A stretch of 64,000 bases of DNA, taken from IMG/VR virus record IMGVR_UViG_3300012971_000927. One strand, written 5' to 3'. Below the pieces are notes generated by a model, which saw nothing but the letters and a program-made list of their open reading frames with translations, had not been told where the DNA came from and did not search any database. The DNA comes from an uncultured virus (IMG/VR IMGVR_UViG_3300012971_000927) (Duplodnaviria; Heunggongvirae; Uroviricota; Caudoviricetes). The position numbers were made by a program, and so were the translations under genes. Position 1 is the first letter of the stretch, and every line of letters begins with the position of its first letter. Shown here one piece after another: positions 8,170-16,376 of the stretch.

Positions 8170-10280
8170 GTGGTTGGCGTTGCGAGAGTCTTGTGGAGCC
8201 TGCCCCGCAATACAGCCTTCTTTTCTTCCATTTCCCCGCCGGCACGTCCTTTCAATTCCTTCTCTGCCAGTCGCCAGCTTGCATATGCCTGCGAGACTGG
8301 CTCCTGGGCGGCGAGCAGTTCTTTTTCCAGGTCCGCCACTCGTTGATCGACCCTCGGCAGCTTTCGGTTGATCTGCCGTATTTCCTGATTAAGCTCACGG
8401 GCCTGGCGGCTGTCTTCTGGCAGCGATTTCACTTTTTCTTGGCGACCACTGAGCATTCTGTTAAGCCGGCCCTGGAGCGTCTTGGCATCGCTCAGCCGAC
8501 CCTTGGCCCGTTCGATGGACCTTCCTTGCCGCCTCACCTGGGCCTCGTATTCAAGCCTCAAGCGGTTGACCTCTCGCATTTGATCCACATACGGGTCGGC
8601 ATATCCGGTGCCTTCCTCGCCTTCCTCCCCCGGCCCGCTCATGAGCCGCGCTATCTTGTGCCCCGGCTGCTTGGGATCGAAAGGTTTGCTGGGGTCAAAT
8701 ATATCTTTATCGTAGCCCATCTCCTCGTCGCTGGAGATATAAGTGCCTGCCAACCGCGCTTGGCGGGTGGCTTGAGATCGCAGGGTGCGCACGATTTCGC
8801 TCATGTGGCGGGTATACAGAGATTTCAAAGTGCCCGTGTACATTTCCACCAGCGAGGTTGCCTCTCTGCTGGGGAGGCGATATTTCTTTGTAAGCACATA
8901 CCACAGTGCCTTTTTGGAGTTTTCCACAAGCTGTTCCATTATCTGCTTGTTGTGGGCCTTGGCGGCTTGCTGGGCTGGTCGGATCAGGGCACCGGACATG
9001 AGGATTAAATCCAGTTCGGTCGCGTCCCGGATGCGGTCGGACAAAGCCTGGAGGGCGGGCATACCGAGCGGATCGGCCCGCAAGGCGGCGTTGATAACGT
9101 GATATTTATTGCCTAGCTGGCTCTCCACGGCCTTGAGGATTTCATCCGGGGTCATGGCGGAAACAAGATGAACACGGCTCACCGCCCCGGATGTTTTATG
9201 CGGCTCCACCACATTGGCCGTGAGGCCGTGATACTGCACTTCGGGGTGGGCACCAAAAATGGGCCGCAACTGTTTGTCCTTCGGGGAGAAGGCCAATCCT
9301 TGGTACGCCGAATAACGGTTGGTCGGGTCGGGGTCGTTGGCGTACCTTTGGCCGACGAAATTGACCCATATGTTCCACATGACGCCAGGATCAATGCCCA
9401 ATTCATCCTTCATGTGAGCGAGGACTTCCAGGTAGGCGTCCGCCACTTTCTCGGTTGCACCTTCCCTGCTTTTGTCTTTTATTCCCCAATAGCCGCCCTT
9501 TTCGGCACCCTTAATCATGCGCCCAAGCTCGGCCCATTTATTGCGCAGTTGCGGATCAAGGTTTCGATTTTTGGCCATCATGTTGGCCATTGCGGAATAG
9601 ATGGTAATATTGTGGGTATCCATACAACCCAACTGGCCGAAGATCATCTGGACCACGAAACCGGCCTTGACTGTCCCGATGCCGGTAATGGGCACCAGTT
9701 CCTTTAGTATTTGGCCGAACTCGCCTCGGTCAGCCAGTTCCATGAACCGCTTGTATAACGTTTCCCGGTTATTCCAGACGTGCGAGATGAGTTCTGATTT
9801 ATTGCCTTCACCCAGGTCGATGACGCCCGCCAGCAAGCCCCCTTTGAAATCGGGGGCCATTTTGGACGCGATCCGTTGACCGCCCACCCCGGCCACGAAA
9901 TTGCCGACCTCATCGACGGAAACCCGGTTACGCTTGCGCAGGAAGTCCATGAGGACCGGGAACCATTCGTTAAAGCGACTGAACTTGGTGTTGGCGGTCA
10001 GGGGTGCGAACAGAAGCACCTGGGCGAAATTTTCGGCATTTCGTTGGGCGAATTCCTGAATATATGGCGAGTGTTGGGCGAAGCCCTGGTAACCCCGGAT
10101 GCAGACGTGCCCGCCCTTGCCTTCTTTTTCAAATACCGGGCGTGAGGAGATGGGCCGACCCTGGGCGTCCAGTATCGCCTCGGCCAAGATACGCTCGGCC
10201 ACCCTGGCATCGAACCACAACTGAAATTCGTACCGCCGCAACATCGCAGTATTTATGACCGAAAGGAAGTTTTTGCTCAA
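8166..10280 (-). CDS. Large protein with HhH-GPD (DNA glycosylase-like) motif and C-terminal coiled coil
   Basis: ELVPITGIGTVKAGFVVQMIFGQLGCMDTHN reads as a helix-hairpin-helix plus catalytic-type Asp; charged heptad-like C-terminus. Confidence 0.55.
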   Translation of the reverse strand: MSKNFLSVINTAMLRRYEFQLWFDARVAERILAEAILDAQGRPISSRPVFEKEGKGGHVCIRGYQGFAQHSPYIQEFAQRNAENFAQVLLFAPLTANTKFSRFNEWFPVLMDFLRKRNRVSVDEVGNFVAGVGGQRIASKMAPDFKGGLLAGVIDLGEGNKSELISHVWNNRETLYKRFMELADRGEFGQILKELVPITGIGTVKAGFVVQMIFGQLGCMDTHNITIYSAMANMMAKNRNLDPQLRNKWAELGRMIKGAEKGGYWGIKDKSREGATEKVADAYLEVLAHMKDELGIDPGVMWNIWVNFVGQRYANDPDPTNRYSAYQGLAFSPKDKQLRPIFGAHPEVQYHGLTANVVEPHKTSGAVSRVHLVSAMTPDEILKAVESQLGNKYHVINAALRADPLGMPALQALSDRIRDATELDLILMSGALIRPAQQAAKAHNKQIMEQLVENSKKALWYVLTKKYRLPSREATSLVEMYTGTLKSLYTRHMSEIVRTLRSQATRQARLAGTYISSDEEMGYDKDIFDPSKPFDPKQPGHKIARLMSGPGEEGEEGTGYADPYVDQMREVNRLRLEYEAQVRRQGRSIERAKGRLSDAKTLQGRLNRMLSGRQEKVKSLPEDSRQARELNQEIRQINRKLPRVDQRVADLEKELLAAQEPVSQAYASWRLAEKELKGRAGGEMEEKKAVLRGRLHKTLATPTT

Positions 10281-10325
10281 CTATATAGTCGGCGGGCGGG
10301 GTGAGAGAAATCCGAAAAAATCGAC

Positions 10326-10354
10326 TTGACAATCCTCCCCACCGCCCGTAAAGT
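10326..10354 (+). promoter_or_regulatory. Sigma70-type promoter of the pth-like gene
   Basis: TTGACA-17 nt-TAAAGT, followed by RBS AAGGAG at ~10380. Confidence 0.65.
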
Positions 10355-10391
10355 GTGAGAGTTGGCAAACCGCACCCGAAAGGAGAGAGCA

Positions 10392-10754
10392 ATGCACTAG
10401 GTTGACGAAGATCGGACCCCCTTCTGCTACCTGTTTGTCCGCACGGACTTGAGCATCCCGCAACAGGTAGTCCAGGCCAGCCATGCAGCTTACGAGGCTG
10501 GTCGTTTTCACGATTCCACTCTGGACCACCCCCATTTCGTTGTCTGCGGCGTCAAAAGCGAGGCCGATCTGCACAAGATCGTGTCCAGGCTCGACTGCGC
10601 CGCCATTCCCTACCGCATCTTCCGCGAGGCAGACCGCCAGGACGAGGCCACCGCGCTCATGACGGCCCCCGTCTTCGGGGATCAGCGTCGGCTGTTCCGC
10701 CGCTATCGCTGCCTGGGGAGCAACGGGTTCGCGCCTCTGGAGGTTGAAACCTGA
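10392..10754 (+). CDS. Pth2-like peptidyl-tRNA hydrolase with in-frame UAG at codon 3
   Basis: RBS-ATG CAC TAG GTT...; frame continues FCYLFVRTDLSIPQQVVQASHAA...TALMTAP, typical of the Pth2 fold; no ATG/GTG/TTG between the TAG and the first conserved strand. Confidence 0.75.
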
Positions 10755-10760
10755 TGTCCC

Positions 10761-10927
10761 GCCCCTGTGGTCTAACTGGAGATGACATCGCTTGGACTAA
10801 CTTCTGGCGGCTTTGCGTTGCCTGGCGGAAGTACAACGTGGGGCAACGGCTTGTCGTGAGAGGCCCTGGCAAGTAGGCCCATGAAGCGAAAGATGCGATA
10901 GTGGTGGTTCGAGTCCATCCGGGGGCA
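10761..10927 (+). ncRNA. tRNA-like RNA with ~100-nt structured insertion in place of the anticodon loop
   Basis: Acceptor GCCCCTG/CGGGGGC plus A; D arm GTC-TAACTGGAGAT-GAC; stem TCGC/GCGA; T arm GGTGG-TTCGAGT-CCATC; 167 nt in total. Confidence 0.7.
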
Positions 10928-10972
10928 CTGGTCTTTAACAAGCGTGCAAGTCACGCAGAAAAGGAGAAGAAC

Positions 10973-11458
10973 ATGAACGCGACTGAAACCCAGGTCCACC
11001 GCAGCAAGTGGGGTTACCATCCCTGCGGCAAGGAGATCGCCAAGAAGCTCCGCACCATCAACCGGGTCTATAACGCGGCCCTGCACCTGGAAGCGGCCCA
11101 CGAACGCTGGGCAGGCAAGCTCCCAGAGAACCGGGTGCAGTACCGTGCGGTACGCGATGCCGCCGGTCAGAAGGTGGGGCGTGAGAAGGTGCTGGACGGC
11201 AAGGGCCAGCCGGTGCCCTTGCCGGAGCCGGTGCGGTGCCCGATCTTCGAGTTCACCTACCACTGGCCCGGCGATGGCAAGCGGCCATATCGCATCAGCC
11301 GAGTGGGGGAAGCCATCCTCCAGGCCGCACGGCAGGCCCGGACTCCGGTGGCCAACGCGGAGGACGTGAAGCGGCTGGCCTTCGGCTACGGCGACGGGTC
11401 GGAGGAGGCGGTCTGCCGGCTGTACGGGCAGTGTGCGGCCTGGGAAGCTTCACGGTAA
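10973..11458 (+). CDS. Hypothetical phage protein
   Basis: RBS AAGGAG; HRSKWGYHPC motif. Confidence 0.7.
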   Translation: MNATETQVHRSKWGYHPCGKEIAKKLRTINRVYNAALHLEAAHERWAGKLPENRVQYRAVRDAAGQKVGREKVLDGKGQPVPLPEPVRCPIFEFTYHWPGDGKRPYRISRVGEAILQAARQARTPVANAEDVKRLAFGYGDGSEEAVCRLYGQCAAWEASR

Positions 11459-11534
11459 CATCTTGACACCAGGGACGGAGGCGGTAGAATCTTCCCTGGT
11501 GTCCAATCTCAATCTCTCCAGCAAGGAGTCGCAC

Positions 11535-11948
11535 ATGGCAGAACAGCAGACGCCCGGCACGTTCATTTGGAACGAGTTCACCACGCGGGACGCGGAAGCA
11601 GCCAAGCAGTTCTACGGGCGGTTGTTCGGTTGGAAGTTTCAGCCGGCCCCCGGCCAGGAGGCCACCGGCCCGGTCTACGACATCATTCTGGCCAACGACA
11701 AGCCCATTGGTGGCGTCATGAAGATGGGGCTGGAGCATCCCAAGGACGCCCCGCCGCATTGGAGGCCCTACGTCGCGGTCGAGAACGTGGACAAAACCTG
11801 TGCCCAGGCTGAGGAGAACGGCGGCAAAATCTGCGTTCCGCCGACTGACATCCCCGGCACCGGGCGGTTCGCCGTCATCAGCGACCCGACCGGCGGCGTG
11901 TTTTCGATCCTGGGGCCGAGTCCTGGCAAGGCCGAACCCGGCCAGTGA
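11535..11948 (+). CDS. VOC/glyoxalase-bleomycin resistance family protein
   Basis: FIWNEFTTRD.EAAKQFYGRLFGW, PHWRPYVAVENVD, GRFAVISDPTG; TTGACA/TAGAAT promoter upstream. Confidence 0.9.
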   Translation: MAEQQTPGTFIWNEFTTRDAEAAKQFYGRLFGWKFQPAPGQEATGPVYDIILANDKPIGGVMKMGLEHPKDAPPHWRPYVAVENVDKTCAQAEENGGKICVPPTDIPGTGRFAVISDPTGGVFSILGPSPGKAEPGQ

Positions 11949-11968
11949 CGCCAGGATATATTGACTCC

Positions 11969-12010
11969 AACCCCTTGCCTGACGATAATTAGGCAAGGGG
12001 TTTTTTATTT
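11969..12010 (+). terminator. Intrinsic terminator
   Basis: AACCCCTTGCCT/AGGCAAGGGGTT stem followed by a T tract. Confidence 0.75.
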
Positions 12011-12012
12011 TC

Positions 12013-12288
12013 ATGGACGAACTACTGCCAGTGGTGAAAGCGGAGGTAGGTTTTTCCGTTACCGAGGAGATCAACGTCGGGGAGACGGACGCCGATTATA
12101 TTTTTCCGGCGCTTCGGCGTTTGCAGGAAGTCAATCCATGCGTGGCCAACTTCATCGCCACCTTCGCCGCCGCCAGCGAGGACACCGAGGGGGTGTTGAT
12201 CTGCGGGCTGGTGGTGTATCGGCTGCTGGAGAGCCAGGCCGAGGCCGACCGCATGGCGCTGGAATTCAAATTCGATCCGAGCGAATAG
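12013..12288 (+). CDS. Hypothetical protein
   Basis: 91-aa ORF, acidic helical composition. Confidence 0.55.
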   Translation: MDELLPVVKAEVGFSVTEEINVGETDADYIFPALRRLQEVNPCVANFIATFAAASEDTEGVLICGLVVYRLLESQAEADRMALEFKFDPSE

Positions 12289-12338
12289 ATAAAGAGGAGG
12301 GCAGGTTTACAGACTTCGATTTTTTGAGTAAAATAGAC

Positions 12339-13376
12339 ATGCCGAGATATAGAGTGGTGGTTACCGCCTCCTGGGAGGTCGAAAGCGACCTGGACGGGGA
12401 GCAGATTCTCAAGCAAGCCGTGGAGCAGGTTTGTTTTCGTGGCGAGGAAAAACGAAACTTTCGCCTGCTAAAGCGGCTGGATCGCCTCAAGGATAAACCC
12501 AAAAAAATTCGTGTTGGCGAATTCCGCCCCGAAGAAGTCATCCCCTACATCACCAAGGAGGACGAAAAGCGGACATACATCATCGACGGCAAGTCCTACG
12601 CTGTTCGGATGAACTCGCACCGCTACTTTATCTTTCGGGAAAGTTTGACCTGCGCCGCCTGCGGCCTGGTCGGCAGCAAGATGCTCCTTGAGCAACACCC
12701 CGCCGACAAATCACCGCATTTCAACCTCTACGCCGAGGAGAACGGCAAGCTGGTTCTTATGACCAAGGACCACATCCAGGCCAAAGCCTACGGTGGCGAG
12801 GACCGGCACTCGAACTACCAAACGATGTGTGTGATCTGCAACAACCTCAAGGGGTCGGCGTCCATAACGCTGGACGGCATACGCGAGTTGCGGAGAATAT
12901 ACAACGGGCATGTGGGCCACGTCACCAAAAAGGAGCTTTATCTGCTGATTCAAGAGGCCAAGGCACGTCTGGCACATGCCCGTGGCCCCGGCAACAAGCG
13001 CATAAGCGCCAAACAGCGCCACATTCACGCCGCCGACCAGAAGGCCAAGGAAGCCGAGGTTGTTTCAAGCTGTGACATAAACGTGTGGCGAGTCGGCCCG
13101 GATTTGGTGGGGCGTTCGGTGTACGAGCGGGTCGAAGAAGGAAAACATATCGCCTGCATCAAGAAAGGTATGGTCCTGCAACCATCAGGAGCGCAGGGCC
13201 GCAAGGTTGTCATCAAACTGGACGAAGGCCAGGATTGCACGGTTGCCCAGGGCCTATTGGATTACAAGGAAAACCTCATCCCTGTGAGCAGTGACCATGC
13301 CGCGACGGAAAAGAAATCTGCTGGAAGCCGGGAACAAGCTGGCGTCAATCCGCCAGTTCCTTCAATCGCTGGTTGA
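12339..13376 (+). CDS. HNH endonuclease domain protein
   Basis: CAACG...MTKDHIQAKAYGG...NYQTMCVICNNLKG; TTTACA-17-TAAAAT promoter ends just before the ATG (probably leaderless). Confidence 0.8.
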   Translation: MPRYRVVVTASWEVESDLDGEQILKQAVEQVCFRGEEKRNFRLLKRLDRLKDKPKKIRVGEFRPEEVIPYITKEDEKRTYIIDGKSYAVRMNSHRYFIFRESLTCAACGLVGSKMLLEQHPADKSPHFNLYAEENGKLVLMTKDHIQAKAYGGEDRHSNYQTMCVICNNLKGSASITLDGIRELRRIYNGHVGHVTKKELYLLIQEAKARLAHARGPGNKRISAKQRHIHAADQKAKEAEVVSSCDINVWRVGPDLVGRSVYERVEEGKHIACIKKGMVLQPSGAQGRKVVIKLDEGQDCTVAQGLLDYKENLIPVSSDHAATEKKSAGSREQAGVNPPVPSIAG

Positions 13377-13848
13377 GTATGACGCCCGTTTTTGCGAGGG
13401 CAAGGGCGGTGGGATTATTGACTACTCGCGGCTCATACTTGAGAAGGGCACGCCTTTCCTGGGCAGCACGCCCTCCTCCAAGTTCCCCGATGCCAAGCGG
13501 TGGTGGACGATCAGCCGGCCCCAGATCAAGCAGTGCTTCTATAATTCGCAGTTGTTCGCCCTCTCCTGCGACCAGGGCACCTACTACGAGGGGTATGCTT
13601 TCACTTTCTTCTTTCCGTTCCATCACGCCTGGGTCGTGTTGGATGGCAAGGTGGTGGATTTCACCCTGGAGGCAGTCGATTTGGTCGAGCGGCGTGACAA
13701 AATCAAGCCGGCGGGGCCTGATGAAGTAACAGCGTATCTCGGCGTCGAGATACCCACGGACGCACTTCGGAAGTACGTCCTGAAATATAAATCTGCGGAA
13801 CCCTACGCCCAGATGTACCATTTGGGTTCCAAGGAGCGGTTTTTCTAG
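13297..13848 (+). CDS. Hypothetical protein (Cys-His-Asp pattern, transglutaminase/papain-like possible)
   Basis: KQCFYNS...YYEGYA...HHAWV...VVDFT. Confidence 0.55.
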   Translation: MPRRKRNLLEAGNKLASIRQFLQSLVEYDARFCEGKGGGIIDYSRLILEKGTPFLGSTPSSKFPDAKRWWTISRPQIKQCFYNSQLFALSCDQGTYYEGYAFTFFFPFHHAWVVLDGKVVDFTLEAVDLVERRDKIKPAGPDEVTAYLGVEIPTDALRKYVLKYKSAEPYAQMYHLGSKERFF

Positions 13849-13863
13849 TTAAGGAGAACTATC

Positions 13864-14598
13864 GTGGATTTAGTGGTCTACCCGGTGTTCCTGTGGCTCA
13901 GCCTGCCCTTCTGGATTCTCATTCTCTGCTGGTTCGCCTTCCTGTTCTGGTGCGTGTCCTACCGGCACGGCTTCATCGCCCTGAGTTCGTTGCTGGTGCT
14001 GGCCTGCTTGCTCCAGTTCTTTGGCGACATCCCGGTGCTGGTCTACCTCTGGCATAATCCACTCGTCGCCCTCGCTTGCCTGGGGGTGTGGTTGGCCATG
14101 TCGGTGCCGTGGGCCTTTACCAAGTGGTGGTTGTACGTCCGGGATAATAGCGGACGTTACGATGAAATCCTGGGGGAGTTCTTTGAAACCCCCGCCCACC
14201 GCGAATGGCCCAAGAACCCCAACCAATTCAACCTCAACCAGAAGGTTGAGTGGAAGCAATATTTCGACCAGCACGCCAACGTTGACGACTGGTATGAATA
14301 TAACCGGGTGGAGTTCGACCCCAGCCCCCGCACCCACAAGGCCGACATCATGACCTGGATGATGTTCTGGCCCTGGTCGCTGCTCTGGACCCTGCTCAAC
14401 GATCCGATCCGCAAGTTCTTCCGCCATTGCTACTATTACATGGTGGGGTGGCTGGAGCGCATCCGCGACTACTACTGGCAGGACAAACGCGGCCACATGC
14501 CCACCCAGGCGGAAATGGAAACTTACTACCAACAGCAACGGGATGCGGCCCAGGAACGCCGCAAGCAGCCGCCGGATGGCGTTACCCGGTTGGAGTAA
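13864..14598 (+). CDS. Hypothetical membrane protein
   Basis: Several Trp-rich hydrophobic helices; RBS AAGGAG. Confidence 0.7.
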   Translation: MDLVVYPVFLWLSLPFWILILCWFAFLFWCVSYRHGFIALSSLLVLACLLQFFGDIPVLVYLWHNPLVALACLGVWLAMSVPWAFTKWWLYVRDNSGRYDEILGEFFETPAHREWPKNPNQFNLNQKVEWKQYFDQHANVDDWYEYNRVEFDPSPRTHKADIMTWMMFWPWSLLWTLLNDPIRKFFRHCYYYMVGWLERIRDYYWQDKRGHMPTQAEMETYYQQQRDAAQERRKQPPDGVTRLE

Positions 14599-14625
14599 AC
14601 AAACCGACCCTGGCGCGGTACAATG

Positions 14626-14655
14626 AGGGGAGGCTCGGCCTCCCCTTTTTTGTTT
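14626..14655 (+). terminator. Intrinsic terminator
   Basis: AGGGGAGGC/GCCTCCCCT stem plus T tract. Confidence 0.7.
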
Positions 14656-14667
14656 GAGGAGTCACCA

Positions 14668-16095
14668 ATGGATATTCGTCCCCTTCCCGATAAGCAGGGC
14701 GTGGGTTTCTTTTCGCTGGTCCCGATTTCCGACGAGGAAAAGCAGGCAAACGCGCAGGCCACCGGCTGGCGTTACCGGGAGGAGGTCGCTGGCCGCTACC
14801 ACAATTTCTACGTCACGCCGGGTTGCTACTACTGGCCGAAGCATGACTGGTACGACAGCAAGATTCACGAGCCGTGGTCGGTGGTGGATGCCTTCTCCCC
14901 GAACCTCGATAAAGAACTTCATGTCGGCCACCTGCGTAACCTGGCCATCGCCCTGTCCCTGTCCCGAATGCTGAACCAGCAGGCACAATTCGTGGCCCTG
15001 TTGGGGAGCGGCAAGGGCCTCCTCAAGAAATCCAAGGACGCCCTCAAGCGGTGGCTGCGGTTTGTAAATTACAAACCCAAATTGTACTACGACTGCCTGA
15101 TGCCGATGGACGAAGATATTGTTGTCCGACAAAAAATGCTAATGGCCAAGAAGCAACTGGACGGCTCGACTAAGGACGAGGAATGCACCGTTTGGATCAA
15201 CCCAGATGGCGAACCCATTGTGGTGATCCGTGGCGATGGGCGTCCCCTCTACACCTTTCACGACATCGCCTTCGCCAAGACCGTGGGGCCGACCCATTAT
15301 ATTACCGGCCAGGAGCAGCGCGACCATTTTAAGCGGCTCGGCCTGGGGGACCGTCACTACCCGATGGGACTGGTGCTGGGGAAGGACGACACGGGCACCT
15401 GGAGCAAGATGAAAAGCCGGACGGGCGATGCCCTGTCGGCCCAGGAAGTTCTCGACATCATCGTGGAGAAGCTGAAGGCGGGGAAAAGCAAACTAAAGAA
15501 AAACAAGCAGACCGACAAGTACGCCAACCTGGACGAAAATGGCTTTGACGACATGCACCGCCTGGCATGGAACGTCCTGGCGTGGAATTTTCTGGCGTGC
15601 AGCCGGTCCCAGGATGTAAAATTCGACCCAGACCTGTGGACCGACCCCAACCGTGGCGGGCTGTACATAACTTACACCTACGCCCGGTGCGTGTCGGCTC
15701 TGCGTAAGGCCGGCAGTAATGCCGATTTTGCTTTCCAGGCCCCGTGGCAGGCCAAGCTGATCGCCCAGGGCAAACCTGATCCGAAGGACTGGTGGAATGC
15801 GGACGGCACCCACAAAGGCGATCCTGACCCGCACTACGATCTGACCCAGGAGGACGCCAACATCCTCGGCTACAGTGAGTATCTTCACCACTATCGCTGG
15901 CGGGCCATGCAATCCCTGGACCCCGCTCACCTGGCCAATTACGCCCACGATTTGGCCCGCAAGCTCGCCCATGCGTATCATGGCGAGAAGATTGCTGGAG
16001 GCCGGTACGGGTTCCAGCACGCGATCAACTACTCCATGCGAAACCTGTGGCACTGCCTGGTCAATCTGGGCATGTTCCCCCTGGAGGAAGTATGA
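14668..16095 (+). CDS. argS: Arginyl-tRNA synthetase-like protein (compact/divergent)
   Basis: VVDAFSPNLDKELHVGHLRN (HIGH), KMKSRTG (KMSKS-like), GLYITYTYAR, C-terminal LGMFPLEEV. Confidence 0.8.
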   Translation: MDIRPLPDKQGVGFFSLVPISDEEKQANAQATGWRYREEVAGRYHNFYVTPGCYYWPKHDWYDSKIHEPWSVVDAFSPNLDKELHVGHLRNLAIALSLSRMLNQQAQFVALLGSGKGLLKKSKDALKRWLRFVNYKPKLYYDCLMPMDEDIVVRQKMLMAKKQLDGSTKDEECTVWINPDGEPIVVIRGDGRPLYTFHDIAFAKTVGPTHYITGQEQRDHFKRLGLGDRHYPMGLVLGKDDTGTWSKMKSRTGDALSAQEVLDIIVEKLKAGKSKLKKNKQTDKYANLDENGFDDMHRLAWNVLAWNFLACSRSQDVKFDPDLWTDPNRGGLYITYTYARCVSALRKAGSNADFAFQAPWQAKLIAQGKPDPKDWWNADGTHKGDPDPHYDLTQEDANILGYSEYLHHYRWRAMQSLDPAHLANYAHDLARKLAHAYHGEKIAGGRYGFQHAINYSMRNLWHCLVNLGMFPLEEV

Positions 16096-16376
16096 AGATC
16101 GGGCCTTACAAGATCACCGGCGGTCCAAACTGGAGTTTCTTCTTGGCTACCGGGTTCTTCGCCTACCTGAGCTATGCCACATGGAGTGTCTGGCCCATTT
16201 TGGGATGGTTGGGCTTTTGTATCGCTCTCATTCCCATTTGCTTCTCGATGGCCAGGTGGGATCAGGCCCAGGAGGACCGCCGGAAACGCGAGCGCGAAGA
16301 AGAATTGGAGTCAATGAAGGAATTATTCAGGCGCAAACCGGGAGGGCATGATGAGCCTCGACAGGGGTTTCGTTGA
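16092..16376 (+). CDS. Small membrane protein
   Basis: Two hydrophobic helices; overlaps argS stop and tyrS start. Confidence 0.55.
   Translation: MKIGPYKITGGPNWSFFLATGFFAYLSYATWSVWPILGWLGFCIALIPICFSMARWDQAQEDRRKREREEELESMKELFRRKPGGHDEPRQGFR

Noticed and set aside
10761..10927. tmRNA or group I intron-containing tRNA
   Set aside because: No G3-U70 or GGGG start, a full D stem is present, and the insert is far too short with no recognisable group I core
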